Source of the DNA: a virus
DNA: 64,000 bases
Virus record (IMG/VR): IMGVR_UViG_3300045988_115849
Direction: 5' to 3' (one strand)
Part shown: positions 50,606 through 59,788 of the stretch, piece after piece
How the letters are laid out: each line of letters starts with the position of its first letter
How positions within the stretch are numbered: position 1 is the stretch's first letter
Notes under the pieces: generated by a model
Databases searched by the model: none
What the model was told of the DNA's origin: nothing
What the model saw: the letters and a program-made list of their open reading frames with translations, nothing else
Translations under genes and position numbers: made by a program

Positions 50606-51172
50606 ATGATTATTGGAGTAGACAAAGCGCAAAAAGCAGGAAAACATAATCTTAAACACAACATGTTAAAAAATCGCGGCCATAAGCTTGTTGATATTCC
50701 ATGTCCAGTAGGAGATTACATAGAGATAACACCAGAAATTCAGGAAGTTATCGAAAGACGTGGGGACAAGCTAAAAAAAATGGACTTGATCGGCTGCATT
50801 GATAAATCTGTTGATACAAAAAAAGATTGTCAAGAATTGTACCAGTGTTTAGTGAAGTCACATAAGAGATTTTCAGATTCTTGCTTTTTGGCAAGCAATA
50901 ATGGTATTAAGCTGTATATTCTCGTTGAGAATAAAGACGGTGTTACTAGTATTGATACGTTTGGAAGATGGAAGAATGAGAGTTGTTGGAAACGTTATTT
51001 CGTAAACAAGAGACGTTGCGAGAATAAAGGAGAAAAGCCACCAAAGGAACCATGCAAGCCGTCTCAATTAAAGCAGATCATGAACACAATGAATAAAAAA
51101 TATGGAGTAGAGTTTTTGTTTTGCAGACCAGAAAAGGCAGCAGAAAAAATCGAAGAACTACTTTCTGAATAG
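50606..51172 (+). CDS. PD-(D/E)XK / ERCC4-like nuclease (putative resolvase), tentative
   Basis: VGDY...SVDTKKDCQEL...LYILVEN resembles the GDY...ERK..DL nuclease core. Confidence 0.4.
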   Translation: MIIGVDKAQKAGKHNLKHNMLKNRGHKLVDIPCPVGDYIEITPEIQEVIERRGDKLKKMDLIGCIDKSVDTKKDCQELYQCLVKSHKRFSDSCFLASNNGIKLYILVENKDGVTSIDTFGRWKNESCWKRYFVNKRRCENKGEKPPKEPCKPSQLKQIMNTMNKKYGVEFLFCRPEKAAEKIEELLSE

Positions 51173-51243
51173 CATTTCTACAAATGATACACGGGCACGT
51201 CAGCCCACCTAAAATCAAATGAAAATTAAATAGAGGTAATCTT

Positions 51244-52017
51244 ATGTCTGATAAAAAATATTATTATCTGAGATTGAAAGATTTTTTAGACACAGAAGAA
51301 TTTAAAATCTTAGAATCTCAGGAAGACGGATATTTGTATTCTAATATTCTTATGAAAATGTATCTTATCAGCTTAAAGAAGAGTGAAAGATTGGCATTAA
51401 ATGGCATGATTCCATACGATGTAGACATGATTGCGACTTTAACAGAGCATTGTGTTGAAGTTGTAAAAGAAGCACTGAAACATCTTGTGAAGTTAGGGCT
51501 GATTGAAATGTTAAGCGCAGGAGCTGTCTATATGATGGATGTTCAAAACTATGTGTGTCAATCATCAAATACGGAATACAAATCAAAAGAAGAAAAAGCA
51601 GATGTTGAAGAATATAAGCCAAAGAAAGAAACGGCAAGAGAACGAATTGATTACGCAAGAATCGTTGATAAATACAATGAAATTTGTAAATCGTATTCAA
51701 GGGTTACTAGATTGTCCAAGAGAAGAAAAGACACGATCAGAGCAAGATTTAACGCCGGTTATACATATGAAGATTTTGAAAAGGCATTTGAAATAGTGGA
51801 AGAATCTGATTTTCTTAAAGGAAAAAACAATAGAAATTGGTGTGCAAACTTTGATTGGATATGCAACGACACAAATTTAGCGAAAATCTTAGACGGAAAT
51901 TACGCAAACAGGAAGGATGATAAATATGGAAGGAATGGAGAAGATCATAGAAAATCTTCATTCGCTGAAAAAGCAATCGAACTTGGGGCAGCCGACACAG
52001 ATTTCAAAGGATTCTGA
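51244..52017 (+). CDS. Phage replisome organiser (N-terminal wHTH + DnaD/Phg_2220_C-like C-terminus)
   Basis: YYYLRLKDFLDTEEFKILESQEDGYLYSNILMKMYL at the N-terminus. C-terminal RLSKRRKDTIRARF...FLKGKNNRNWCANFDWI. Confidence 0.7.
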   Translation: MSDKKYYYLRLKDFLDTEEFKILESQEDGYLYSNILMKMYLISLKKSERLALNGMIPYDVDMIATLTEHCVEVVKEALKHLVKLGLIEMLSAGAVYMMDVQNYVCQSSNTEYKSKEEKADVEEYKPKKETARERIDYARIVDKYNEICKSYSRVTRLSKRRKDTIRARFNAGYTYEDFEKAFEIVEESDFLKGKNNRNWCANFDWICNDTNLAKILDGNYANRKDDKYGRNGEDHRKSSFAEKAIELGAADTDFKGF

Positions 52018-52756
52018 TGTATGTCCGCTATGCAATGGTACTGGTTGGATTCCTGTTGAAAAAGACGGAGAAACAGTGTTTAGAGAGTGCAAATGCAGGC
52101 AAGAACAGATTAATCACAATAGATTGAAATTTGCAAATGTACCTGAACCATTTAGAAACTTAAAATTAGCTGATTTTAATATTGCTTATTATAAGGAAGA
52201 AAAAAATAAGAAATTGGTCAGGATTGCTTGTAAGATTATCAAAAATTACATTGATAACTTCCAGACGTTTCAAGGAAAGGGAGTTGGATTGTACATCTAT
52301 TCAAAAACAAAAGGTTCTGGAAAAACAAGAATGGCTGCAAGTATGGCAAATCAGTTTTTGGCTGATGGCCACAGAGTAAAATTTGCAACTTCAAGTGAAA
52401 TCATAGAACAGATCAAAAAAACATGGGACCAAGACAGCAAAATAAGTGAAAGAGATTTGTTGGCTGATCTGAAAGATGTAGAAATTCTAATCATAGATGA
52501 TTTCGGAGCAGAAAAAAACAGCACTTGGATTAATGATAAATTTTACCAGATCGTTAATTACAGATACATAAACAAACTGGTAACGATTTATACAAGCAAT
52601 TATACAGAGAATGAAGTTCAGTACAATGAACGAATTTCAAGTCGAATAAAAGAATGTTCGTATAGTGTGCAGTTTCCTGAGGAAAGCGTCAGGGACCATA
52701 TATACGAACAGAGAAACAATGAGATGATCAAAAAAATATTGGAAGGTGAGGTGTAA
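51926..52756 (+). CDS. DnaC/IstB-like helicase loader ATPase with N-terminal zinc ribbon
   Basis: CPLCNGTG...CKC zinc ribbon. Walker A SKTKGSGKT and Walker B ILIIDDFG. Overlaps the upstream gene by about 90 nt, so the start is uncertain (51917, 51926 or 51935). Confidence 0.7.
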   Translation: MEGMEKIIENLHSLKKQSNLGQPTQISKDSDVCPLCNGTGWIPVEKDGETVFRECKCRQEQINHNRLKFANVPEPFRNLKLADFNIAYYKEEKNKKLVRIACKIIKNYIDNFQTFQGKGVGLYIYSKTKGSGKTRMAASMANQFLADGHRVKFATSSEIIEQIKKTWDQDSKISERDLLADLKDVEILIIDDFGAEKNSTWINDKFYQIVNYRYINKLVTIYTSNYTENEVQYNERISSRIKECSYSVQFPEESVRDHIYEQRNNEMIKKILEGEV

Positions 52757-52758
52757 AA

Positions 52759-53193
52759 GTGGGGAAAAGGTTTACAAACGAGCAACGCCAAGAAGCTGTG
52801 AACAAATTTTCTAGCGGAGAATTAACTTTAAAAGAGACTGCTAAAAAATACGGCGTAACAGAAACGACAATCCTTAACTGGAAAAAGAAACTTCCGGTAA
52901 GAAACAGGATTTCAAGGTTTGATGTTTCTGACAAGGTTGAAATCATCACATACAGAATGTCAGGCCATACGCTTGCAGAAACATCAGCGAAATACAATGT
53001 ATCAGAATGTAGCATCAGGTTATTTGAAAAAGAATACGGTGTATCCGAGTCAGCTAAAGATGCAAGGAAAAATATGAGAGCAAAAAAGGAATTAGCTGAT
53101 ATGTCAGCAAGGAAAGCTAGGAAGAAACAAAAAAGAACAGTATGGATCAGATGTACAGCTTCTTCCGGATACTGGAAAACAAAATACATTTAA
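52759..53193 (+). CDS. Double-HTH DNA-binding protein (IS3 OrfA/HTH_23-like)
   Basis: Two units: FTNEQRQEAVNKFSSGELTLKETAKKYGVTETTILNWKKK and ITYRMSGHTLAETSAKYNVSECSIRLFEKE. Confidence 0.55.
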   Translation: MGKRFTNEQRQEAVNKFSSGELTLKETAKKYGVTETTILNWKKKLPVRNRISRFDVSDKVEIITYRMSGHTLAETSAKYNVSECSIRLFEKEYGVSESAKDARKNMRAKKELADMSARKARKKQKRTVWIRCTASSGYWKTKYI

Positions 53194-53200
53194 AAAAGAA

Positions 53201-53325
53201 TCGTCAGACAGTTTGCAGCTGCACCTATAAAAATAAATATAAGAAACCTAAAAATCAAAGATTGTTGTTAAGTAAATAAATAAAAGCCGTAGTTCATAAA
53301 TGGGTGCAGCTTCAAGCTGTTTGGC
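53201..53325 (+). other. Long hairpin: 24-position stem (1 mismatch, 3 G.U pairs) around a 77-nt AT-rich loop
   Basis: CGTCAGACAGTTTGCAGCTGCACC pairs with GGTGCAGCTTCAAGCTGTTTGGCG. The wobble pairs are tolerated only in + strand RNA. Confidence 0.55.
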
Positions 53326-53356
53326 GTAGAAATAATTTTAAGAAGGAGATAATAAA

Positions 53357-53980
53357 ATGGCAAAATTTAATATTGAAGTAGAACTTGATTGGATGGAAGA
53401 GGATTCCTATTCAATTGACGAGGAATTAAAAGAGAGAATTGTTGAAGGCTTGGAAGATGCACTTCTTCAGAAAGCAACGCATGAAGCATTGAAAATGGTT
53501 GATGCAAAGATTGCAGAGAAAGTTAAAGAATCAGAAGAGACAATCAATAAAGCAATCAATAAATTTATCGAAAATGTATGCTCTGAAAAGATTAATAATA
53601 TTCAGATTCCTGAAAAATCAAGTGATTGGAGTGATAAAATCACATATTATTCATTATCCGAATATGTAGGAATGCAATTTGAAAGTTTCATTACACAGAA
53701 AAGATATGATAAAGATGGAAATTATCAAGACTGGGGAAGTAATCGGTATTCAGCAGCAGATCTACTTACAACAAAATATCTAAAAAGAGAGCTTGACGAT
53801 AAGATCGGTAACATGATTCAGAGAGCAAAACACGAAGTAGAAGTTGATATTGTTAAATCATTAGAACAGAAACTAAAAGAGAATCTTGCAAAAGACACTA
53901 TTGAAAAGATGAATATTCCAGAGGTTTTGAAAAAGTTACAGTCAGATAATCTAGGAACGATTGAAGAAAAGGAGCGATAG
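53357..53980 (+). CDS. Acidic coiled-coil hypothetical protein
   Basis: 207-aa ORF with RBS AAGGAGA. Confidence 0.55.
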   Translation: MAKFNIEVELDWMEEDSYSIDEELKERIVEGLEDALLQKATHEALKMVDAKIAEKVKESEETINKAINKFIENVCSEKINNIQIPEKSSDWSDKITYYSLSEYVGMQFESFITQKRYDKDGNYQDWGSNRYSAADLLTTKYLKRELDDKIGNMIQRAKHEVEVDIVKSLEQKLKENLAKDTIEKMNIPEVLKKLQSDNLGTIEEKER

Positions 53981-54229
53981 ATGGGTGCTATTTTGACGTA
54001 CGAAGAAGTTGAGAAGCTTGAATTAGCTAAAGGATATTCTTGGAGAATAGAAGGTGTGTGTCCTGATCTAGTCGTTGTTAAAAATGACAATGGAAATCTT
54101 ATTTTTTTTGATATAGACAAAAATGAAATTCGAAGCGAACTTATAAAAGCAAGAATGAGTTTTGACCAGTCGGTGGCTATAGCTCACATTATTGTCAGAA
54201 AAAATCAATCAAAGATCGAGAATAAATAA
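53981..54229 (+). CDS. Hypothetical protein
   Basis: 82 aa. The ATG abuts the upstream stop. Confidence 0.5.
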   Translation: MGAILTYEEVEKLELAKGYSWRIEGVCPDLVVVKNDNGNLIFFDIDKNEIRSELIKARMSFDQSVAIAHIIVRKNQSKIENK

Positions 54230-54238
54230 TTAAAAATA

Positions 54239-54343
54239 CTTTTCTGGTTTGATTCTCTACCCAAAGCAACAATTAATCCATATGTTTTTGAATTTGCATA
54301 CTATTTTTCATTCACATTTGGGTAGGGAGTCAAGCCAGAAAAG
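54239..54343 (+). other. Long hairpin: perfect 27-bp stem (3 G.U pairs) around a 51-nt loop
   Basis: CTTTTCTGGTTTGATTCTCTACCCAAA pairs with TTTGGGTAGGGAGTCAAGCCAGAAAAG. All three non-Watson-Crick positions are U.G in the + strand RNA. Confidence 0.6.
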
Positions 54344-54488
54344 GCTTGTTGCATCGGGATTATATACCACGACAAAGTAGCAGTAAACATATTTTTTTAA
54401 TCATGCATCCTGAGCAACGCATAAGAAACAAATTAATTTCCGATTATTTAACGCCCGGCTTTATGTCGGGCAGAAAGGAGACTATTAA

Positions 54489-54716
54489 ATGAAATTTAAA
54501 TTTAAGAAAGAATTAGATTATGTCGTTGGGCATTTAAGATATGGACATATTGAAGGAATTGTTGAAGCAGACAACTTAGAAGAAGCAAAAAAGAAGTTAG
54601 AGGAATACGAGAAAGAAGATTTACTTTGTGATTTTGGAAAAGTAGTTATTGATGATTATAGCTGTGAAGGCTTTGAAAAGAGCAGCACACCAGCAAGAAT
54701 TATAGAGGATGAATAA
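54489..54716 (+). CDS. Hypothetical acidic protein
   Basis: 75 aa, RBS AAAGGAGA. Confidence 0.5.
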   Translation: MKFKFKKELDYVVGHLRYGHIEGIVEADNLEEAKKKLEEYEKEDLLCDFGKVVIDDYSCEGFEKSSTPARIIEDE

Positions 54717-54732
54717 AAGGATGTGATTTTTC

Positions 54733-55317
54733 ATGGATTTAGAGAAAATGAAGCAGAAATTCAAAGATCATAAAGCTACATTTACTGATTACGGAAACAT
54801 AAAAATATTAGACTTCAAGAAACCAAACAGTACAGAGTATAGAATCCGCTTTCTTTTTGAAGAAGACTATTGCAGATTACACATTTCAGGCGATTTAGGT
54901 CAGTTGGTTGCAACTAATTATCGCAATATGTGTTGGAATGGATTTAATGATTTTGTAGAAGATGTTGGATATTTTGAGGAAAAGATAGATTGTCATGACA
55001 GACATATTTACTTATATGATGAAGAACAAACTCGAAAAGACGTTGCACAGTATGTAGAAGAAAATGACCTTTATTTTGAAATTGATGACCAATATCCATT
55101 TAAATCAAAAGAAGAAATAATGGAAGAGTTTTTATCAGATGTACTATATGATTTTTCAGAAGAAACAGGGATTGGAAACGAAGGTCAAGAAAAGTTATTG
55201 GAATTAGATACAGATATTTATTTGGAGACTTCAAATCTTGGAATTAAACCAACAGGAATACTTGATCTATACATGTTGGCTTTCAAGTTAGCAAAAGAAC
55301 AGTTGGATAGCAAATAA
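54733..55317 (+). CDS. Hypothetical protein
   Basis: 194-aa ORF in the co-directional early array. Confidence 0.55.
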   Translation: MDLEKMKQKFKDHKATFTDYGNIKILDFKKPNSTEYRIRFLFEEDYCRLHISGDLGQLVATNYRNMCWNGFNDFVEDVGYFEEKIDCHDRHIYLYDEEQTRKDVAQYVEENDLYFEIDDQYPFKSKEEIMEEFLSDVLYDFSEETGIGNEGQEKLLELDTDIYLETSNLGIKPTGILDLYMLAFKLAKEQLDSK

Positions 55318-55336
55318 AAATGTAGGAGGAAGAGAA

Positions 55337-55579
55337 ATGGAGATACAGTATATATCAGAAGTTCACGGAGAAGCAACGATTACATTAACAGAAAAAGAAT
55401 TATTCATGATTGCAGCGGCATTAGAAAGCAAAGAAAAAATATATGGAGGAAAGGAAATGTATCATAAACTTTGCGCACAATTAATTACCGCTAAGTCCAT
55501 ATGCAAATATGGTCGTATAGATGCTTCTTATTTTCAAGAGATTACAGAACATATGGAATCGTCAAAACAAAATTGTTAA
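55337..55579 (+). CDS. Hypothetical protein
   Basis: 80 aa, RBS TAGGAGGAAG. Confidence 0.5.
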   Translation: MEIQYISEVHGEATITLTEKELFMIAAALESKEKIYGGKEMYHKLCAQLITAKSICKYGRIDASYFQEITEHMESSKQNC

Positions 55580-55594
55580 TGGGGGTATTCACTA

Positions 55595-55987
55595 ATGAAA
55601 ATTTATAACATAATCACAGAACAAGTCGTAAATTCAGAAAAAATAGAAGAACTAGATGATCGTTTTGAACTAACAGATGTTAGATCGTACGAAAAAACAA
55701 TCAAATGTTATTTTAAGCCGACTTGGAGAGAAGCTGATAGCAAAGAAAAGCTTTTGAAAAATATCGCAGAGTGTCTCAACAACATTACAGTAAACAATGT
55801 TTTGAGGATTGTTGAAATTGCGCGTCCAGGCGACATTCTGTTTGGAGTTAAATTAGAACATTTTGAAAACAGAAGGGTTTTAAGATACAGCAAGTTAACT
55901 AATAAAATATTAATTGATGGATGGTACATAAAAGATAATGACCTTGAAGCAGCATTAAAAAGATATTTGGCATATAAGGAGAACTAA
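55595..55987 (+). CDS. Hypothetical protein
   Basis: 130-aa ORF in the early array. Confidence 0.5.
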   Translation: MKIYNIITEQVVNSEKIEELDDRFELTDVRSYEKTIKCYFKPTWREADSKEKLLKNIAECLNNITVNNVLRIVEIARPGDILFGVKLEHFENRRVLRYSKLTNKILIDGWYIKDNDLEAALKRYLAYKEN

Positions 55988-55989
55988 CT

Positions 55990-56268
55990 ATGAAAAAGAA
56001 ATTATTAGCGATCACATTAAGCACATTGGTTTTAACAGGAATGACAGGTTGTGCATCCTTTAGTCGTGGATGGGTAGACCTTAAATCTGACATGAACAAC
56101 GGATTAGAAAGAACCATTGTAGTATATACAGCAGACGGGCAGAAGATTGCAAGCTACAAGGGAAAGATTGACATTCAAGATAGTGATGGATTCATCAAGT
56201 TTGACTATAAAGGTAAGAGATACATCTACTACAACTGTTTTGTAGAGAGTATCGCAGATATTGATTAG
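55990..56268 (+). CDS. Small lipoprotein
   Basis: Signal peptide with a lipobox (LVLTGMTGC). Confidence 0.6.
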   Translation: MKKKLLAITLSTLVLTGMTGCASFSRGWVDLKSDMNNGLERTIVVYTADGQKIASYKGKIDIQDSDGFIKFDYKGKRYIYYNCFVESIADID

Positions 56269-56285
56269 AAGTACAGGAAAAGGAA

Positions 56286-56804
56286 GTGGAGAAAATGGGA
56301 ATTAAAAATCTAACAGAAGCAGAAGAAAAAGAGTTTTACAGGCTTGTTGGGAAGATAAATGGAGAAGAACCAGACAAGAAACAGGATGCAAAGGTAAAGA
56401 AACCAGAGTATGGGGATACGGTTTATTACATTAATTATATTGGAAGAATCAGAAAAAGGACATGGATTAATGATGAAGACGATCTTGATATGTGGGAATT
56501 AGGAAACATCTTTTTCACAAAAAAAGAAGCGGAATTTGCCAGAGAGAAAAGAAAAGTAGAAGTTGAGCTTGAACGGTATGCAAAGGAGCATAATGGTCCG
56601 ATACGCAGTGATAGTTTTTACCTTTTATATAACAATGAAGATGGTGGAAAACTTGATTATGATGTGTGGAGCGTTTGTAAACCACAGGGAGGGGTGCAGT
56701 TTGCATCAAAACAACTTGTATTTGATGCAATTGAAGCAGTAGGAAAAGAAAGAATCTTGAAATATTTGTTCGATGTAGATTGCGAGGAGGAAACAAATGA
56801 TTAA
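56286..56804 (+). CDS. Hypothetical protein
   Basis: 172-aa ORF. Start is GTG 56286 or ATG 56295. Confidence 0.5.
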   Translation: MEKMGIKNLTEAEEKEFYRLVGKINGEEPDKKQDAKVKKPEYGDTVYYINYIGRIRKRTWINDEDDLDMWELGNIFFTKKEAEFAREKRKVEVELERYAKEHNGPIRSDSFYLLYNNEDGGKLDYDVWSVCKPQGGVQFASKQLVFDAIEAVGKERILKYLFDVDCEEETND

Positions 56805-57051
56805 CAGTAATATCTTAAAAACTTGGAACGAAGAAAGAATTAAATATCAGATACGATATGCAAAAAGTTGTGCTAAATATCACAAATACCCTGAGAATTT
56901 AGATAACAAAGGACATATGCATGAACAGAGTTGGGTGTTGATTAATGTTTTTGGGCTATCAGCAAAACAAGTCGAAGAAGTAGAACGAGAGGATGGTTTT
57001 ACAACAGAGGATATCCTTAGCCCTGAATTTGAAAGGTGGTGTCGCTTATGA
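56797..57051 (+). CDS. Hypothetical protein
   Basis: 84 aa. Overlaps both neighbours. Confidence 0.5.
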   Translation: MINSNILKTWNEERIKYQIRYAKSCAKYHKYPENLDNKGHMHEQSWVLINVFGLSAKQVEEVEREDGFTTEDILSPEFERWCRL

Positions 57052-57494
57052 ATTTAGAAGAAGCTATCATATTTGCAAATAATATGACAAAAACAAAGTA
57101 TCATCATGGAATGGTTCAAATGGGAAACCTTAATGACGATGAAGCAAATTTCTATTTTGAAGAAGCAAAAAGTTATAAACAGCTTGCGAAGTGGTTGGAA
57201 GAACTGAAAGAGTTGAGGAAATACAAAGAAAAATACCGATGGCATGATCTAAGAAAGAATCCTGACGATCTGCCAGACGTAGAACATCGAAGAAAGGCAT
57301 ATTTCCATGTAGTACAAGCAGGCAAAGAAGCAAGACCAGCAATATTACAGTATAAAAAGGAGTTTGGATTTGGAATTTACAACGAATTTGGCAATGGTCC
57401 AAAATTTACAGGTATAGATACAGACCTTGTAGCACCAGTCGTAGCATGGAAAGAAATTGAAGAATTTGAAAGCGAGGAAGAAAATGAAGATTAA
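57048..57494 (+). CDS. Hypothetical protein (DUF551-like C-terminus, weak)
   Basis: ATGA coupling at 57048. RWHDLRKNPDDLP...VVAWKEIEEFE. Confidence 0.45.
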   Translation: MNLEEAIIFANNMTKTKYHHGMVQMGNLNDDEANFYFEEAKSYKQLAKWLEELKELRKYKEKYRWHDLRKNPDDLPDVEHRRKAYFHVVQAGKEARPAILQYKKEFGFGIYNEFGNGPKFTGIDTDLVAPVVAWKEIEEFESEEENED

Positions 57495-57711
57495 TGCAAA
57501 ACAACCAAGTATTAAAACATACACATTAAGTCACTTCAAAATTGGAGAGGTGTGTATGGGTGTGAGAGATGAACATTATTATCTTGTAGTTAAATCAGAA
57601 AAAGAAAAGAAACAGCTTGTTGATTTGACAGAAAACGAGATTATAAGAGATGCAGGATACATGAGATTTATACCGGCGACAGCAGAACTTAATATCAAGG
57701 ATGTGGGGTAA
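57484..57711 (+). CDS. Hypothetical protein
   Basis: 75 aa starting at ATG 57484, overlapping the upstream gene end. Confidence 0.45.
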   Translation: MKINAKQPSIKTYTLSHFKIGEVCMGVRDEHYYLVVKSEKEKKQLVDLTENEIIRDAGYMRFIPATAELNIKDVG

Positions 57712-57895
57712 AAGAAAAATGCCAGTAGCAAGATGTAAATGTTGCAATAGCTTGTTATTCAATGAAGATGTTGGAAGAGAGTATATACAAATAAATTCCG
57801 ACATGAAAATACAAAGCAAATTCATTTGTCTTAAATGTGAAATGGAGTTAAGAAAAGAAGATTTCTTTGAGCCATACAGAAGCATGATGAAGTAA
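57701..57895 (+). CDS. Zinc-ribbon small protein
   Basis: CKCC...CLKC. Start is 57701 or 57719. Confidence 0.45.
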   Translation: MWGKRKMPVARCKCCNSLLFNEDVGREYIQINSDMKIQSKFICLKCEMELRKEDFFEPYRSMMK

Positions 57896-57907
57896 AGGAG
57901 AAAAGCA

Positions 57908-58129
57908 ATGAAAATAGTTGATATCAACACATTAAAAGGTTCAGACAGGCACGGCAGTTGTGTAGAGTGTGAAAAAGATTTTACAGAAGATAAAGGAATG
58001 AAAAGAATCGTTTTCGGCACAGATCAGAAGCGTACAATCTTCTTGTGTGACAAATGCTACCACGATTTTTTGCAAGAAATGATCAGGAGAGAATTAAAGG
58101 GAATGAGGGTTGAGATATGCAGAAAATAA
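57908..58129 (+). CDS. Zinc-ribbon small protein (paralog of 59789-60016)
   Basis: KGSDRHGSCVECEKDFTEDKGMKRIVF...CDKC, compared with KGVDKWKCVKCGKDSTEDKYMRKIVF...CQDC in the paralog. Confidence 0.55.
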   Translation: MKIVDINTLKGSDRHGSCVECEKDFTEDKGMKRIVFGTDQKRTIFLCDKCYHDFLQEMIRRELKGMRVEICRK

Positions 58130-58335
58130 CAAAATGCCCATACTGTGGAAGTGATCTTGGAATGTTTGCAAAGTTTAAAGCAAATGGAACTGACATATAT
58201 AGCTTTGATGGAAAAATGGAAAGCAGTGAAGTCATGGATTACTTTAGTTATAACAAAACAATGAGATGTATGGACTGCAGCAAACGTATTATGAGCTACG
58301 AAGAATTTAAACGTGATTATTATGTTGAAGATTAG
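58117..58335 (+). CDS. Zinc-ribbon small protein
   Basis: CPYCG...CMDC. Confidence 0.5.
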   Translation: MQKITKCPYCGSDLGMFAKFKANGTDIYSFDGKMESSEVMDYFSYNKTMRCMDCSKRIMSYEEFKRDYYVED

Positions 58336-58364
58336 AAACATGATGAAGTAAAGGAGAAAAAACA

Positions 58365-58619
58365 ATGAAAATATATTCACATCGTTCAGACAAAGATGTA
58401 GATCATCTTAGATTTGATATGAAAATGGGTGGCGTAGTTTTAAGTTTTAGAAGAAGCGGAGAAGAACAAACAATGAATCCGCAAAACATGGCTCGTATAA
58501 TTTTTGATGATACATGCGAAATAGACACCTTCATTATGGCATTGACTAAACTAAAGAAAATTGCAGCGGATCACTACGGGGATTGGATGGCTAGTAACGC
58601 GATAGGAGAATACTTATGA
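58365..58619 (+). CDS. Hypothetical protein
   Basis: 84 aa, RBS AAAGGAGAAAA. Confidence 0.5.
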   Translation: MKIYSHRSDKDVDHLRFDMKMGGVVLSFRRSGEEQTMNPQNMARIIFDDTCEIDTFIMALTKLKKIAADHYGDWMASNAIGEYL

Positions 58620-58993
58620 CAATTAATGAAATAATAACTCAGAGATTTCAATGCAACTTATATGAACGTATTAAAGAGTCAAACATTCCTATTGAACAAT
58701 TAGACGTAAGTTTCAAAGGAGAAAAGGCATTTATAAGAGATAAAATAGCAGGACGTATCGTTGGAGAAGTTGATGTGAAGATTACTATGGAACGATATGA
58801 ACCTAAAAAAATGACAAGAAGTGAAGTGGAAAAAGCTATACTTGCTTACTGCGACCCTGTTGCCACACCATGCAAAGAATGCAAATGTTATAAAAAATGT
58901 GTAAAAAGGATGCCGTTTGAATGGTTAAGTAACGAGGGGTTACAAGAATATTATGAATTTTTGTATGGAATCAAAGTGGAGGTAAAGGAATGA
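58616..58993 (+). CDS. Cys-motif paralog A1 (C-terminal YC-x6-C-x2-C-x4-C)
   Basis: AILAYCDPVATPCKECKCYKKC. ATGA-coupled at both ends. Confidence 0.55.
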   Translation: MTINEIITQRFQCNLYERIKESNIPIEQLDVSFKGEKAFIRDKIAGRIVGEVDVKITMERYEPKKMTRSEVEKAILAYCDPVATPCKECKCYKKCVKRMPFEWLSNEGLQEYYEFLYGIKVEVKE

Positions 58994-59358
58994 CAATAGC
59001 ACAGCAGGTAGCACACGATTTTTTAGAAAGCATAGAAAAGATGATCACGGCAAATAAATTAGATGTTGGAGTATTGGATACGAAAGTTTCTTATCAATCT
59101 TGCGAAGAAGCAATGATGAGCGTGACTGATACAAAAACAGGTTCTATTATTGCAACAATGAGATTGAATGTAAATACAAGCAAATTAAAAAGAGAAATGC
59201 AGGAAAAAGAATTAGAAAACTATTGTCGTAAAAGAATCTGCCCTATTTGCATTTTTAAAGGGCAAGAACCGTGCATAATGAGAAAAATTAAATATGGAAC
59301 AGCTACGAACGAAGAAGTAGAGGAAAGCTATAGAAAGGCGTTATGTGATAAAAAATGA
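58990..59358 (+). CDS. Cys-motif paralog A2
   Basis: LENYCRKRICPICIFKGQEPC. Same length and architecture as A1. Confidence 0.55.
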   Translation: MTIAQQVAHDFLESIEKMITANKLDVGVLDTKVSYQSCEEAMMSVTDTKTGSIIATMRLNVNTSKLKREMQEKELENYCRKRICPICIFKGQEPCIMRKIKYGTATNEEVEESYRKALCDKK

Positions 59359-59750
59359 CAAGAGAACAGATGATAGATGTGTTAGAAGATTACTGCAACA
59401 AAAATATATGTGTTTCATGTAAACTTCGTCATGCATGTGAAAGTAAAAAGGATTTTCCTGATATGATTGACGAAGAAATGGAAGATTATGTGAGTTACAT
59501 TAAAGAAAAAAACACAGATGTAGAATCACAAAATGAGTGTGAATTGGAGGAAAAGAAAATGGAGCAGGTAAAAGTTTTGAAAGAAGTAACAAGAATTATT
59601 TATCCTAACAGGATGGATGAAGTGATCCCGATAAAAGAATTTGTGAAAAATATTACAGATAAAGGATATAAAGTAATGATTAAAAGAGAAAATGTTATCA
59701 GTGGAAAGTATGACGTTGTTATTTATGAAGAAGAGGAGCTGAAAGAATAG
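59355..59750 (+). CDS. Cys-motif paralog B1 (N-terminal Cys motif)
   Basis: LEDYCNKNICVSCKLRHAC. C-terminal DKGYKVMIKRE..GKYDVVIYEE resembles B2. Confidence 0.55.
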   Translation: MTREQMIDVLEDYCNKNICVSCKLRHACESKKDFPDMIDEEMEDYVSYIKEKNTDVESQNECELEEKKMEQVKVLKEVTRIIYPNRMDEVIPIKEFVKNITDKGYKVMIKRENVISGKYDVVIYEEEELKE

Positions 59751-59788
59751 CTAGTCAGTCTATGGTTGAATAAAGGAGATTCAAATAA

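Noticed and set aside
52728-53189. 153-aa - strand ORF antisense to the double-HTH gene. Similar antisense ORFs occur at 8914-9390, 39215-39598, 42996-43385, 57595-58020 and 61803-62168.
   Set aside because: All lie within well-supported + strand genes of a uniformly + strand operon. They lack RBSs and recognisable motifs.
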